From an uncultured bacterium (GTDB lineage Bacteria; Chlamydiota; Chlamydiia; Chlamydiales; SM23-39): a stretch of 64,000 nt of DNA. The DNA is taken from contig OY970323.1 in NCBI GenBank assembly GCA_963716985.1, forward strand, positions 864,001 to 928,000, read 5' to 3'. Within the stretch, counting starts at the first letter, position 1; each line of letters opens with the position of its first letter. The notes under the pieces are model-generated. The model did no database searches. It worked only from the letters and a program-made list of their open reading frames with translations, and was not told where the DNA came from. The translations under genes were made by a program, and so were the position numbers. Shown piece by piece: positions 47,714 through 58,753 of the stretch.

Positions 47714-50590
47714 TCACTTCTCCAGAATTTCACGAATATTAGTAGCTATTTTGAAATTGACTCCAAGAGCTTCGAAATGAGCTTTCCCGCAATCAGTCTT
47801 TAAATTTTCGGTCTCTCTTCGTTTGGATGCATCATGCGTGCTTTTAGTTTCACGGATAAGATAGAGCTTTTCGTCGTCTTCAATGGCAACGGCCCAATCT
47901 GGATTATAATTTCCAAGAGGAGTGGGAACGATAAATTCCCTTGGTAATTTGCAGAAGAATTTAACGCGTTTATTGGAATCAAGACCTTCAGCTACTTGCC
48001 GCTCCAGTTCTGAATCAAAAGGAACGCAGTCGTAAGGAGTGCGATTGTCTTTGCTTTGTATTTCGTAAAGATTGTTCAAATATCCAATGATCTCTTCATG
48101 CTGAAAGAGCCTCATCTCATAATATTGATCCTCGATTTGTTCGTACTTGATCCCTTGGGATACCGTTTCATGAAGGGTGCGGGTTATTAGTTTGGCTATT
48201 TGGGACATAAAAGCTTGTGGATTGATTAAAAAATCCTGCAGCCGTCCCGATTGCTTGAGAATTTCTACAAGAGTTCCTCGTGTTAGCTCAGTTTCTCGCT
48301 GGAGAAAAGCAAGAATGTCTGGCAAGGTATAAGAACTGGTGACCATCGCAGTTTTGCTATCGAGAACTCGTCCGCATTCTACGCCTGCTTTATTAATTTC
48401 GATTTCAGTTTTGTCGATTAGAATGCTGATAGGTCGGATAGCATCCATTTTGTGGATTTTTGCAACGGCGCTTCTGATAAGATCTTTAGTTTCAAACTCT
48501 ACGAAGTAGCGGGTTTTTTTAGAAATTTTCTCCCATAGAATTTTAAAATCTTCGTTCAATTCAATTTGCTTGTTGTATTTGAGAGTTCGACGCTCTCTTG
48601 TATTTACGATACGATCTTTGAAAGTATGCCGTTTCAGTTCATCGATAATAGTTGAGGACATATGTTGAAGTGCTTCGGGCAGTTCAAGCTGAAATCCGGG
48701 CTTTTCTGGTGCAAATTTGTCCGTGATACGGCCTTGTTTGTCGATATAGCCTTGGTTTTCAAGGGCAACCCAAATTTCTTTGCTAATAGCACCATTAAAG
48801 AGAGAGCTGAAAGTGATTGGCTCAATACGTCCAAACTTAATCCCCAGATCATTTTCTATATCTTCTTGAAGTCCCTTGGCATAATCCTGAAAGGGCTCAC
48901 TTGCGATCACAGTCAATCTATTAATTGCATCATCATGGATACGGTCACCGCAGTGGTTTACTGGCAATCTAAGCCCTCTTCCAAGGGTCTGACGCCGTTC
49001 TCGTTCTGCGCCCATATCTCGTAAAGAACAGATCTGGAAAATATTTGGGTTATCCCACCCTTCTTTTAGGGCAGAATGGGTGAAAATAAATCGCAAAGGT
49101 TCTTCTTGTGAGAGCAAGCGCTCTTTATCTTTCATAATCAGCTTGTAGGTGTCATCATCTGCTTTGGTTGATCCATTAGTGTCCACTATTTGATTCTTCT
49201 TGCGATCGGCAGAAAAATAACCATCATGGAGCTTTTCAACATCAAAAGGAATCAGACCCGCATAGATGGGCCTTTGAGAGATTTTTTGATAAGACTCTTC
49301 AAACCACTGTGCAAATTTCCCCTTTTGAGCTTTACCTTGGTCGTCATACAAACGGTAATGTGCAACTTTATCGACGAAGAAAAGGGACAGCACTTTGATT
49401 CCTTTGTCTTTTAGTCTGTATTCCTTATGGAAATGTTCTTCAATAGTTCGATGGATTTGCGCTTTGAGCAGCTCATCACCCATCCCGCCCTCTTCTTGCT
49501 TAACATGAATGATTTTTCCATTGGAAAACTCAACTCGTTCTAGCCCCTTTTCGGCAGAAATATTTGCCACGATGTAACCATCATAGCCGGGTCGATCTGT
49601 ATGAGCGCTTACGTTGGTACCTTGATACAGGGTGATCTTCTTTTCTTTGGAGTCATCATCGAAAATTGTCGCTTTGGCATGGGGTGTTTTTGCTCCTTTT
49701 GCGTAACCGATCTTATCAATTCGTAGAAAAACTCCATTGAAGTTGTTTTCTGTTCGAACAGAATCCACCTCTATTCGTTTGACGAGCCGCATATCATAGG
49801 CGCGAATAGGATCAAGTTTGTAGAGCAGGTTATAAGGAGTCAAATGGGTCGCAGAATAACGAAGACAAAAGAGAGGATTCAAGGTTGTGATTGCCTGTCT
49901 CGCCTTGTCCGTGTTGTCTACGCTTTGTGGTTCATCGATAATTACGATCGGACTCGTGGCTTCAATATAATCGATCGGCTTCCGTCCGGACATCTTGTCT
50001 TGTTCCTGATTGATAATATTTAGCTCTTTTTGAAAAGCCTGAATATTAATGATCATGATCTGGATGCTGTTATTCAGCGCAAATTGACGAACGCGGCTTA
50101 AATCGTTTGAGCTATAGACAAAGTGGTCAAAAGGAACTTTATCGTAAAGGTTATCAAAATGGTCGCGCATTAATGCAATGGAAGACAGTACCCCTTCTCG
50201 AACCGCAACAGAAGGAACAACAATCACGAACTTTTTGAATCCATGCTTGTGATGCAACTCAAAAATGGTGCGCAAGTACACATAGGTTTTGCCCGTTCCT
50301 GTTTCCATTTCTATTGAGAAATGAGGAGTGCCATTACTTTTTTCAATTGCGGAAGACTTAGGAAGGCGATTTCGCTCTTGAATCGATTGCAAGTTATTCA
50401 GCAATAAATCATTGCACATCAGGCAGTGATTCCCAATTCCGAGCTCCTGAAGCAGTTCACCCTGTTTTCGTGCAAAATGAATATTTAATGAGCCCTGCAT
50501 TGTTATTGGGGGCAGTCCTTCGAAAAGGTCTGTAACCGATTGAATCGCATCGAGTTGGTATGAGAGCCCCGCATCAAATTTCAATTTCAT
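47714..50590 (-). CDS. res: Type III restriction enzyme Res subunit
   Basis: EMETGTGKT, DEPQ, YSAT, EGWD, GRGLRL, YNPDW..ETK. Confidence 0.93.
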   Translation of the reverse strand: MKLKFDAGLSYQLDAIQSVTDLFEGLPPITMQGSLNIHFARKQGELLQELGIGNHCLMCNDLLLNNLQSIQERNRLPKSSAIEKSNGTPHFSIEMETGTGKTYVYLRTIFELHHKHGFKKFVIVVPSVAVREGVLSSIALMRDHFDNLYDKVPFDHFVYSSNDLSRVRQFALNNSIQIMIINIQAFQKELNIINQEQDKMSGRKPIDYIEATSPIVIIDEPQSVDNTDKARQAITTLNPLFCLRYSATHLTPYNLLYKLDPIRAYDMRLVKRIEVDSVRTENNFNGVFLRIDKIGYAKGAKTPHAKATIFDDDSKEKKITLYQGTNVSAHTDRPGYDGYIVANISAEKGLERVEFSNGKIIHVKQEEGGMGDELLKAQIHRTIEEHFHKEYRLKDKGIKVLSLFFVDKVAHYRLYDDQGKAQKGKFAQWFEESYQKISQRPIYAGLIPFDVEKLHDGYFSADRKKNQIVDTNGSTKADDDTYKLIMKDKERLLSQEEPLRFIFTHSALKEGWDNPNIFQICSLRDMGAERERRQTLGRGLRLPVNHCGDRIHDDAINRLTVIASEPFQDYAKGLQEDIENDLGIKFGRIEPITFSSLFNGAISKEIWVALENQGYIDKQGRITDKFAPEKPGFQLELPEALQHMSSTIIDELKRHTFKDRIVNTRERRTLKYNKQIELNEDFKILWEKISKKTRYFVEFETKDLIRSAVAKIHKMDAIRPISILIDKTEIEINKAGVECGRVLDSKTAMVTSSYTLPDILAFLQRETELTRGTLVEILKQSGRLQDFLINPQAFMSQIAKLITRTLHETVSQGIKYEQIEDQYYEMRLFQHEEIIGYLNNLYEIQSKDNRTPYDCVPFDSELERQVAEGLDSNKRVKFFCKLPREFIVPTPLGNYNPDWAVAIEDDEKLYLIRETKSTHDASKRRETENLKTDCGKAHFEALGVNFKIATNIREILEK

Positions 50591-50602
50591 AAGCCAATCT
50601 CC

Positions 50603-52525
50603 TTAGATCGTTCGGAATACATCTTGATTTCCTCCGGATCTTCGAGAAGAAAACGCATGCATAGCATTCGCTTTCAATTGGTCATTGCCTTTGAATGCAT
50701 GATCGAGACAGATAAATCTTTCGGGATCGGTTGCTGCAACAGCTTCAATGAACTCTCTTGTAATTTCCGATTCCAGACAGATCATCAGCACACCATCTCC
50801 AATAGAATAGACTGTTTTTCCAGCTATTTGCTGTTTCTCGATTTTTGCAGTAGGTAGATAGCCTGATTTCAGAAGCAATTCATAAAGAATGTCTTCTTGA
50901 GACGCCTTGGGATCGATATGAGGGATATGTCCTTCAAGCTTAAGGAGTAGTTCGTTTATAGTTATTTGAGAGGTTGGTTCCCATATCTTGAAGTTGGATT
51001 TATCGAGTTTTAAGACTTTAAAGCCTAAATCGAGATTTGGTTGATCCCCCATCTCTTGCTTGATTTTGTTAATCACCCGGCGGATTCTCTCTTTTCCTAT
51101 ATCTGCAATTGTAGTGTAACCGGCTTTATAGGCATCAGATTCTGGTGCGCATGGTTCTGGCAGTTGGACCATGATGAATTTTCGGTTGCCAGCATCTTCT
51201 TTATTCATATCCAAAACAGCATGGGCAGTAGTGCTCGAACCAGAGAAAAAGTCTAAAATAATATCATCTTTTCCAGTGGCGCCTTGCTCAATCAAAATTT
51301 TCAGCAAAGAAATTGGTTTGGGAAAGTCAAAAAACTTGCCCTCCAATAAGGATCGGACTTCTCTACTTCCGTTTAAAGTATATCCCACATCTTCTGCCAA
51401 AACTGATGAAAATCCAGTTTGATTACTTGATAATTCAGATAAAAATTTCTTTTCTCTTGGCCTGCCGTCTTGTTTTTTGGGAAAAATAATCCGATTATCT
51501 TTTATTTTTTCTTGTAATGTTTGATGAGAGTATCGCCATCCACTATCTTGGGGGGGAGCAAATTTCCATCCAGTTTTTGGATCTTCTATTTTAAAATGAA
51601 GGTTAGGTCTTTGAGAGGCATTTGCCAGTCCAAGTATACTATTGCTCATCCATGCTCCTCTCGGGTCATTATCAGGATTAGTATATTTTGACAGATCAAT
51701 GTCTTTTCCTCGAAGTGCGGAGGTTTCAGATCTCTTTGAATAAACCACAATGTATTCATGATCAATTGAAGCGTTACTTTGATTGCGGCTATCTACAATT
51801 TGTCGACTTTTCCAAATGAAATTTCCTATGAAGTTCTCCTCTCCAAATACCATATCGCAAAGTTTTCTTAGGTTAACCATTTCGTTATCATCAATTGAAA
51901 TGAATATTGTCCCATCTTCGCGAAGTAAATTTCTTGCTAAATACAGGCGTGAATACATCATATTCAGCCACTTGGTATGAAAGCGGCCTTCGTTAGCGGT
52001 ATTTGTGGAAAATTTCTTTCCCTTGTCGTCAACGAATCCAGCATATGCAAGATAAGTGTCGAGAGATTCTGCAAAGTTATCGGGGTAGATAAACTCTTTT
52101 CCAGTATTGTAAGGAGGATCGATGTAGATCATTTTGACTTTACCGAAATAGGACTTCTGAAGCAGTTTCAGCACTTCAAGATTATCGCCCTCGATAAAGA
52201 GATTTTCAGTAGTGTCGAAATTAACAGATTCTTCTCGGAATGGCTTTAGAGTTGCAAGAGATGGTTGCTGAATAATCTTTAAGCATTCCTTTTTTCCAGG
52301 CCAATCCATCCCATAGCGTTCTTTACGGCCCTCAAAAAGATCGCTAAAGGTTCCGAGATCGGCTTTTAGTTTTTCAAAATCGATGGATTCAATCAGGTTG
52401 CCTTTTTCATTTAGAGTCTCAGTAAAAACAGAAGGGAAAAGAGCTTTAAGTCTTTTTATTTTTTCAGAATCTATAGTCATAGATTTTAAATCTATTTTGC
52501 TTTGTAAATTTGTGCCTGTATTCAT
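50603..52525 (-). CDS. mod: Type III DNA methyltransferase Mod subunit
   Basis: IEGDNLEVLK, IDPPY, FPKP, DFFSGSSTT. Confidence 0.95.
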   Translation of the reverse strand: MNTGTNLQSKIDLKSMTIDSEKIKRLKALFPSVFTETLNEKGNLIESIDFEKLKADLGTFSDLFEGRKERYGMDWPGKKECLKIIQQPSLATLKPFREESVNFDTTENLFIEGDNLEVLKLLQKSYFGKVKMIYIDPPYNTGKEFIYPDNFAESLDTYLAYAGFVDDKGKKFSTNTANEGRFHTKWLNMMYSRLYLARNLLREDGTIFISIDDNEMVNLRKLCDMVFGEENFIGNFIWKSRQIVDSRNQSNASIDHEYIVVYSKRSETSALRGKDIDLSKYTNPDNDPRGAWMSNSILGLANASQRPNLHFKIEDPKTGWKFAPPQDSGWRYSHQTLQEKIKDNRIIFPKKQDGRPREKKFLSELSSNQTGFSSVLAEDVGYTLNGSREVRSLLEGKFFDFPKPISLLKILIEQGATGKDDIILDFFSGSSTTAHAVLDMNKEDAGNRKFIMVQLPEPCAPESDAYKAGYTTIADIGKERIRRVINKIKQEMGDQPNLDLGFKVLKLDKSNFKIWEPTSQITINELLLKLEGHIPHIDPKASQEDILYELLLKSGYLPTAKIEKQQIAGKTVYSIGDGVLMICLESEITREFIEAVAATDPERFICLDHAFKGNDQLKANAMHAFSSRRSGGNQDVFRTI

Positions 52526-53802
52526 TAAAAACCCTCTTCTTTATCTTGGTTTTTTGTTCTTTTGTGTTTTTTTAGACTAATATCTCCGAGCCATTCTTTA
52601 AAAACTTTTACGAATAAATTAATTTTGAATTTTAAATTGCCAATTTTAGTTTTCAGTTTATTTTGTTCTGAGAAAAATTGCTGCACATTGATTGTTTTAA
52701 CGTGAGAAAACTTACGGTTCGCACCATAATTTAGACAAATTATTGTTCCAGGGCATAAAGGGAGATTCCATCCTGTAACTTGCTGACTAAGTTCTTTATG
52801 AGTACCTTGACAAAGGGCTAATCGCAGCTCAATGCTCTCAATCGGGTCGCATGTAACGCAAATTACTTCTCTTCTTTTTGAGTCACCTTTCATGCTGCCA
52901 CTAGAAAATCCATATATCGCAAAATGCATGAGTTTTATATCTAGTAAATCGCTATTGGGCTTGAAGGCCCAATTATATTGTTTTACCCACATTTCTAGTC
53001 GTCTGATTTGATATAAATTTAATAATCTCTTTAAACCGCGAAGTTTTTTGTTTTCGTGTTTTAAATGTTTAAGACGAAAAATATGATTTATAAAACGTCT
53101 GTGTAGAATTAGCCTTGTGAAGGGCGCGTCGGAATTAATAAAATGTTGGTTATGATAAGTAGCAAACAAACAGTCATAGAATTTTTCTGCCTGCAACCAC
53201 GTTTCATTCGCAATCTTATCTTCAATCCACTCTGGGCACTCCCACAAAACAGGAAAGACAACTAAACGATCCCATAAAAGATTCCACTCAATTAATTTAA
53301 GATGATTCTCTTTAGGATCACAAATCATTTTTCCAACACGATAAAAGGTGTTGTTTAGGAGTTCAGTTGACTTTTTGTTGCCAACAAAATTACAACTTTC
53401 CTGATACAATGTATTGAGATTTTCTTTTGAAAAGAACTCGTGAGATCTGATGTTTTGAAGCATTTCTTTGGATATTTTATCAATTTGATCGGCCAGCTTT
53501 TTTCCATCAGAAAATGCAGCTAGAGGAATGGAAACTCCCTTATAAATAGTGATTTTTTCCCAGATCGTTCCCTTTCCAATGCGCTCAAGGAACCCTTCTA
53601 TTGTAAAACAAGGATCGAATCCGTTTTCAAAAATAGGATTTAAATTACACAATAAGTCAGAGAGTTGATCATAAATTGCTTCCTGTCCTTTTTTAGATAT
53701 AGGATCTACGACATTATCATCGAAGAGAACTAGAGGTGAAATGACATCTGTCTTATCCGCAGAAGGGTAAGGGTTTTTAATATTTTTAGTTTCTATGCTC
53801 AT
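52525..53802 (-). CDS. Hypothetical AT-rich protein with PIN-like motifs
   Basis: 425 aa; LVLFDDNVV, FLE, DLLDIKLMHFA, ICVTCD; 1-nt overlap with mod. Confidence 0.5.
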   Translation of the reverse strand: MSIETKNIKNPYPSADKTDVISPLVLFDDNVVDPISKKGQEAIYDQLSDLLCNLNPIFENGFDPCFTIEGFLERIGKGTIWEKITIYKGVSIPLAAFSDGKKLADQIDKISKEMLQNIRSHEFFSKENLNTLYQESCNFVGNKKSTELLNNTFYRVGKMICDPKENHLKLIEWNLLWDRLVVFPVLWECPEWIEDKIANETWLQAEKFYDCLFATYHNQHFINSDAPFTRLILHRRFINHIFRLKHLKHENKKLRGLKRLLNLYQIRRLEMWVKQYNWAFKPNSDLLDIKLMHFAIYGFSSGSMKGDSKRREVICVTCDPIESIELRLALCQGTHKELSQQVTGWNLPLCPGTIICLNYGANRKFSHVKTINVQQFFSEQNKLKTKIGNLKFKINLFVKVFKEWLGDISLKKHKRTKNQDKEEGF

Positions 53803-53828
53803 TTTACCTTTTCAAATCCATACATTCT

Positions 53829-56666
53829 TCAAATCAGTTTCCACCGGATGGTGAAAAGAGTTTGTTCCTCAACATTTTGTTTTAACCTAGCCTGGGTTTG
53901 ATCGATCAGGCCATCTTTTTGTCTATCGATTCCTCTGACAGCTTCATCATACTCTCTCCATGCGGAGTCCCTCTTTTTCTCGAGTGCGCGTAAATTTCTC
54001 TGGATTGCCAACTTTTCAGGAAAATTGAGAGCTGTCCGCACCTGTTTTTTTAACTCCGTAATTTCGGTATCATAATCATCCAGTGTAGTTTTTAGCGACT
54101 GCCGTTTATCGTTGGCCCAACGGTCAAGTTTGTCCATCTCTTCTTGGAAGAAAACGCCGCTTTTCTCAGATATAGTGGAAAGGAGATCGGCTTTCATGCG
54201 CTGATAGGCTAAATCGATGAGATGATTAGGAATAGAGGAACAGCCTCGAACATCGGCCGGTAGATTAAAGAGTCGACGAGCTTGGTCTGCATCTAGTTCG
54301 TTGCCATTATCAGTTAAAGCGATAGAGAGAATGTGGTCTTCGGAGTCAAGCGTATTGATGATTGTCAATTGTTTCACTGCAAGGATGCCGGAATGTCCAA
54401 TAAGAGGCTCCAGGGCTGATATTTTCCTTCCATGCCCTGTGTAGTAGAAAGTAAGCTCGGCTAGGGGGAGCTGCTTTTCTTGCGCTGAGCTAAGAACCCA
54501 GTGTGCAAGAGGGTGCTGGCTTCGATAATGGTAGCCAGTAGCGTCTTGTCGTTTGAGTGTGTAGAGGCCGGTTTGAATTCCCGGCTGAGGAGATGTTTTC
54601 AGTGTAAATGCGAGAGCAGCTTCATTGAAAACAGCTTGTTCTTTGAGGATGTGTTGCGTGGTGTCCCAGAGCAGAGCCTCGTAGAGACTGAGAGATTCAG
54701 TCGTTTTTTCTTTATAGATGTTAAGTTTTTCTGCCACCTCCGCATCAAAATTCTCCAAAAGCTTTTGTCGTGTGGACCGCATATTCTCGATAATCTCGGC
54801 ACTGAGGTCGTGTTGCAAAGCGTCGAAGGCTGATTGGATGTCTTCTTTTTTTCTGCAGGTTTGGTAAATGTCGGCTATCCGTTTTTCAAAGTCGATTCCA
54901 GATTCAATACTACCAAGCACTTCGTCACTGGCTCCAAAAACACCGTTGAAAAGACGGAATTTTTCAGAAAGAAGTTGATAAACCCGTTGATCAGCGGCGT
55001 TGTTTTTGTTGAGGAAATTTACTACTACAACATCGTGTTTTTGGCCGTATCGGTGACATCTGCCAATTCGCTGCTCAATTCTCTGGGGATTCCAAGGAAG
55101 GTCATAGTTGACTACGAGGGAGCAGAATTGGAGGTTGATTCCTTCAGCTGCTGCCTCAGTGGCGATCATGATTTTGGCTTTTTCGCGGAAATAGTCGACA
55201 AGAGCTGCTCGGGTGTCGGCAGTTTTTGAACCTGTAATTTTATCTGTGCCACTAAAGCGAGATTCCCATTCGGTGTAAATACTTCGTGATTGTCCATCGC
55301 TATTAGAGCCGTTAAAAAGAACGAGATCATCAGTATATCCATTTTCTGAAAGGAGCTTGACAAGGTAGTTTTGAGTTCGGCGAGATTCAGTAAAAATGAT
55401 TGCTTTTTCTGCTCCACCGAGCTCTCCTGTCATTTGAAACCCTATTTTCAGGGCTTTGAGAAGCGATTCTCCCTTTGCGTTCTGAGTGATTTTCATGGAG
55501 AGGTCAAAAAAGCTTCGCAGTTCTAGGATCTCTTCTTGTATAATTTGTCGCTCTTCTGACGTGAGGGGCTGGGGTAGTTCGTCATCATCGATTTCTAATT
55601 CATCTGCCAATTCTTCAAATCTCTCAAAATCTTCTTCAAAAGATAGATCGGATTTTTTGTCGTTTTTAAGACGCTTTTCGAGCTTGTTGATGAGAGACTC
55701 TAAGGCCCCGGCAATGGCAAATGTCGACGATGCAAGTAATCTGCGTAAAACGAGTGTCATCAAGCTACGTTGACTTGACGGAAGAGCCTGAAGATTGGGG
55801 CGACAAAGATAGTCTGAAATCATGTCGTAAAGAATTTCTTCATCTTCAGTGGGTATAAATTCTTCAGTGTGAGCTTTCCTCTCGGTATATTGGATGTATT
55901 TAAGCACTTGGCGTCGAAGGGTGCGCTTACAAATCTTATTGAGACGGTTTTTCAGATCATCGAAATTATCTTCAGAAGTAAGCCTTGCGAACTGAGATCG
56001 GAAGCTTTTTAGGTCGCCAAAAGTGTGTACGTCAATGAAACTGACTAGCCCATAAAGCTCGAGCAGTGAGTTTTGAAGAGGTGTGGCAGTGAGAAGGAGT
56101 TTGGGCGCATGTTCTGTTGCCTGTTTTAACTCTCGAGCAACCTTGTTCCCAGTTTTATAGACATTGCGGAGGCGATGGGCTTCATCTATAACGATGAGGT
56201 CCCATTGAACAGATTTGATGAAGTCTGCTTTATTGCGAGCGAAGGAATAAGAGCAGATGACGATTTCAGAAACATCGAAGGGATTGCATTCGCCTTCTTT
56301 AATGACTTTTTTAAAAGAGGAAGTTTCCAAGATGATAGAGGGGAGATAAAATTTTTCTTGGAGTTCTTGATGCCATTGCTTTCGTAAGCTTGAAGGAAGA
56401 ATAATTAAAAGTTTTCGTTTTCGCTCAGCCCATTTCTGAGAGAGGACGATCCCGGCTTCAATGGTTTTCCCAAGACCCACTTCATCGGCAAGGATGGCAC
56501 CTTTAGAAAGAGGAGAGCGAAAAGCAAATAAAGCTGCGTCTACTTGGTGAGGGTTTAGATCGACCTGAGAATCCATTAAGGCTGCTGTAAAACGTTCCAC
56601 GCTATCCGATGGACAACGTCGGAGCAATTCATAAGCAAAAAGCTTTGCGTGGTAGTCCGTAATCAT
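53829..56666 (-). CDS. SNF2-family helicase
   Basis: LNPHQ, LADEVGLGKT, DEAH, LTATP, EGINLQ, EQRIGRCHR; start at the ATGA overlap. Confidence 0.93.
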   Translation of the reverse strand: MITDYHAKLFAYELLRRCPSDSVERFTAALMDSQVDLNPHQVDAALFAFRSPLSKGAILADEVGLGKTIEAGIVLSQKWAERKRKLLIILPSSLRKQWHQELQEKFYLPSIILETSSFKKVIKEGECNPFDVSEIVICSYSFARNKADFIKSVQWDLIVIDEAHRLRNVYKTGNKVARELKQATEHAPKLLLTATPLQNSLLELYGLVSFIDVHTFGDLKSFRSQFARLTSEDNFDDLKNRLNKICKRTLRRQVLKYIQYTERKAHTEEFIPTEDEEILYDMISDYLCRPNLQALPSSQRSLMTLVLRRLLASSTFAIAGALESLINKLEKRLKNDKKSDLSFEEDFERFEELADELEIDDDELPQPLTSEERQIIQEEILELRSFFDLSMKITQNAKGESLLKALKIGFQMTGELGGAEKAIIFTESRRTQNYLVKLLSENGYTDDLVLFNGSNSDGQSRSIYTEWESRFSGTDKITGSKTADTRAALVDYFREKAKIMIATEAAAEGINLQFCSLVVNYDLPWNPQRIEQRIGRCHRYGQKHDVVVVNFLNKNNAADQRVYQLLSEKFRLFNGVFGASDEVLGSIESGIDFEKRIADIYQTCRKKEDIQSAFDALQHDLSAEIIENMRSTRQKLLENFDAEVAEKLNIYKEKTTESLSLYEALLWDTTQHILKEQAVFNEAALAFTLKTSPQPGIQTGLYTLKRQDATGYHYRSQHPLAHWVLSSAQEKQLPLAELTFYYTGHGRKISALEPLIGHSGILAVKQLTIINTLDSEDHILSIALTDNGNELDADQARRLFNLPADVRGCSSIPNHLIDLAYQRMKADLLSTISEKSGVFFQEEMDKLDRWANDKRQSLKTTLDDYDTEITELKKQVRTALNFPEKLAIQRNLRALEKKRDSAWREYDEAVRGIDRQKDGLIDQTQARLKQNVEEQTLFTIRWKLI

Positions 56667-57391
56667 TCGAGCACACCATTTGCGGCAAGCCGATAGGAAC
56701 AAAGGCTGCAAGAGGGGTTGGGTTCTGGCGGGTGTTCTGTTGTTAGGGCGGAATGAATCTCAAGTAATTTAGGCTCTATCCAGCTGTCATCGCCAAGATA
56801 GGGGATGACTGAGATTTCGAATTTCAGGCATTCGCCAAATTCAGGAACGTCTTTCTTGCCATTGCAGTAGATGAAATAGCCGGTGTGTGAGACTTGAAAA
56901 CCGTTTTTCCTGAATAGCCATTGGTAAATTTCCATTTGTCTTTTGTAGCTAAGCTGCCAGTCGGCATCTAAATTGATTTCGCCCGCCTTGCTGGTTGCTT
57001 TGTAGTCTACGATGATCAGTTCTCCGGAGGGAGTGATCCAGACGTCATCGATGGCCCCCGTAACTAAAAATCGGGTCGGTTCGTGTAAATAGGAAATGCC
57101 CTTCTGATTCTTTCGCCATTCATCCAGTTTTTCATGTTGGAAGGGGATTGCGTCAATCTTGTGCTTGATCATCAGGGGATGAGCCTCTCCCTTTGCTCGA
57201 TAGAGGTCGAATTCCTTTTTCAGAAGATGGTCAACAGCAGAGTTTAGGTTGAACGGAAGTCCTCCAGGTTGCGCAACTCCAAGTTTGCGATCGAGGTAGA
57301 AGCAAAAGGGACATTCACAAAAAAGCTCGATCTTTGAGCGGCTTAATTTGAATGGTTTTGTGTCTTGAGGATCAAAGCCCTTTCTTTTCAT
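56663..57391 (-). CDS. PD-(D/E)XK nuclease, RecB/Cas4-like
   Basis: LSRSK..CECPFC, GAIDD, IVDYK, QMEIY, C-terminal CSLC. Confidence 0.85.
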   Translation of the reverse strand: MKRKGFDPQDTKPFKLSRSKIELFCECPFCFYLDRKLGVAQPGGLPFNLNSAVDHLLKKEFDLYRAKGEAHPLMIKHKIDAIPFQHEKLDEWRKNQKGISYLHEPTRFLVTGAIDDVWITPSGELIIVDYKATSKAGEINLDADWQLSYKRQMEIYQWLFRKNGFQVSHTGYFIYCNGKKDVPEFGECLKFEISVIPYLGDDSWIEPKLLEIHSALTTEHPPEPNPSCSLCSYRLAANGVLE

Positions 57392-57600
57392 TTTCTTCCA
57401 TTTTAAGTTGTTGATTTAACGTATAATAAGATAGCAGGATTGCAAATAAGATGATATTGTGATTTTTCGTCAATTAAACTATTTTATTTGAATTCCGCAA
57501 GATGGCTGTTTTAGGGAAAATGACTGAAATGCAGAATATTTTTAGGATGTTCTAAATCAATGTGTAAGGGGTGACCTCTGCATCCAAGCGGATGCGCATT

Positions 57601-58695
57601 CTATTTTTTATTATTGAATAATTTCTCATTCAGTTTCGCTGCTGCTGAGTAGATGTGCGCGTTGGAAAGATGGGCATATCTTTTGGTCATTTGGACTGTT
57701 TTATGACCGAGCAGGGTCCCGATTTCTAGCAGGCTCGCTTGGTTCATGGCCAGGTAGGAAGCGGCTGTATGACGAAGATCGTGAAAGCGGAAGTTCGCGA
57801 TGCCTGTATTTCTCAGAGCGGTATTCCAAGCGGATCGGATGTCGAGAGGTTTAGATTGCGAGTGAGGGGCGGGGAATATAAGAGCATTTGTGGCTTGATT
57901 GATGTATCTTGCGCGCAGAAGATCCAGCGCCTTCCCAAGCAGTGGAATATATCGGCGCTCCCCATTTTTGGTGGTTTGTAAGAGGATTGCGCCTTTCACG
58001 AGATCGACATCGCTCCATTTGAGATTCATGATTTCGCTTCTTCTCATGCCTGTCGAAAGGGCCAGTATTACAATTGGGTAGAGTCCTTTTGATTTACTTT
58101 CTCGGCAGGCTTGAATGAGCTTTGCTTTCTCATCCTCATTGAGAAATCGCGTTCTGCCATTGGAGATTTTCGGTTTTGAGATTTTCATGACGGGATTTTC
58201 TTGGACCCATTCCCAATCTTTAACGGCGATCGCAAAGGCGTGAGAGAGACTGGCAAGATAGCGGACCACGGTTGTAGAAGAACGGAGCTTGCCTTTGCAA
58301 GTCAGCCCAGCAAGGAGCTCGTCTCGCTTTTGTACAACGAGATTGGGTTTGATATCGGAAAGGAGGCAATGTCCCAGTTCTTGTTTCCACCAGAGAAGAT
58401 GCTGGCGGACGTTTCTCGCGTTTTTTGGCTTTGAAGGAAGAACTTGTTCGATATAGCGATCAATCAATTCGGCTAAAGTGTTTTTGCTGCCAGGTTTGGC
58501 ATACTCGTACTTGCCTTGTTCAACGGCTGATTCAGTGTCGCGTTTCCATTTCATGGCGAGATTTTTGGAAGCGAACGATTGGATGAGGACGGGGTGTCCT
58601 TTGATGCGGACTCGGGCGCGGTAAGAAACCGTCCCGTCTTTGTGAATGCGTTTGTCGATGCCTTTCACGAGCTTACCTTTGTTATCAGTTTTCAA
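57601..58695 (-). CDS. int: Tyrosine integrase of the 42.5 kb island
   Basis: MRRSE, TKNG, HDLRH, LLGH, RY; TTG start ~160 nt from the att core. Confidence 0.95.
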   Translation of the reverse strand: MKTDNKGKLVKGIDKRIHKDGTVSYRARVRIKGHPVLIQSFASKNLAMKWKRDTESAVEQGKYEYAKPGSKNTLAELIDRYIEQVLPSKPKNARNVRQHLLWWKQELGHCLLSDIKPNLVVQKRDELLAGLTCKGKLRSSTTVVRYLASLSHAFAIAVKDWEWVQENPVMKISKPKISNGRTRFLNEDEKAKLIQACRESKSKGLYPIVILALSTGMRRSEIMNLKWSDVDLVKGAILLQTTKNGERRYIPLLGKALDLLRARYINQATNALIFPAPHSQSKPLDIRSAWNTALRNTGIANFRFHDLRHTAASYLAMNQASLLEIGTLLGHKTVQMTKRYAHLSNAHIYSAAAKLNEKLFNNKK

Positions 58696-58753
58696 AGGTT
58701 AGCTGCTGTTTGATGGCGGGGGATGGTGCTTCTATCGCCAATTGTTGTAGGCG

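Noticed and set aside
50603..52525. Phase-variable mod gene
   Set aside because: No simple-sequence repeat tract was seen.
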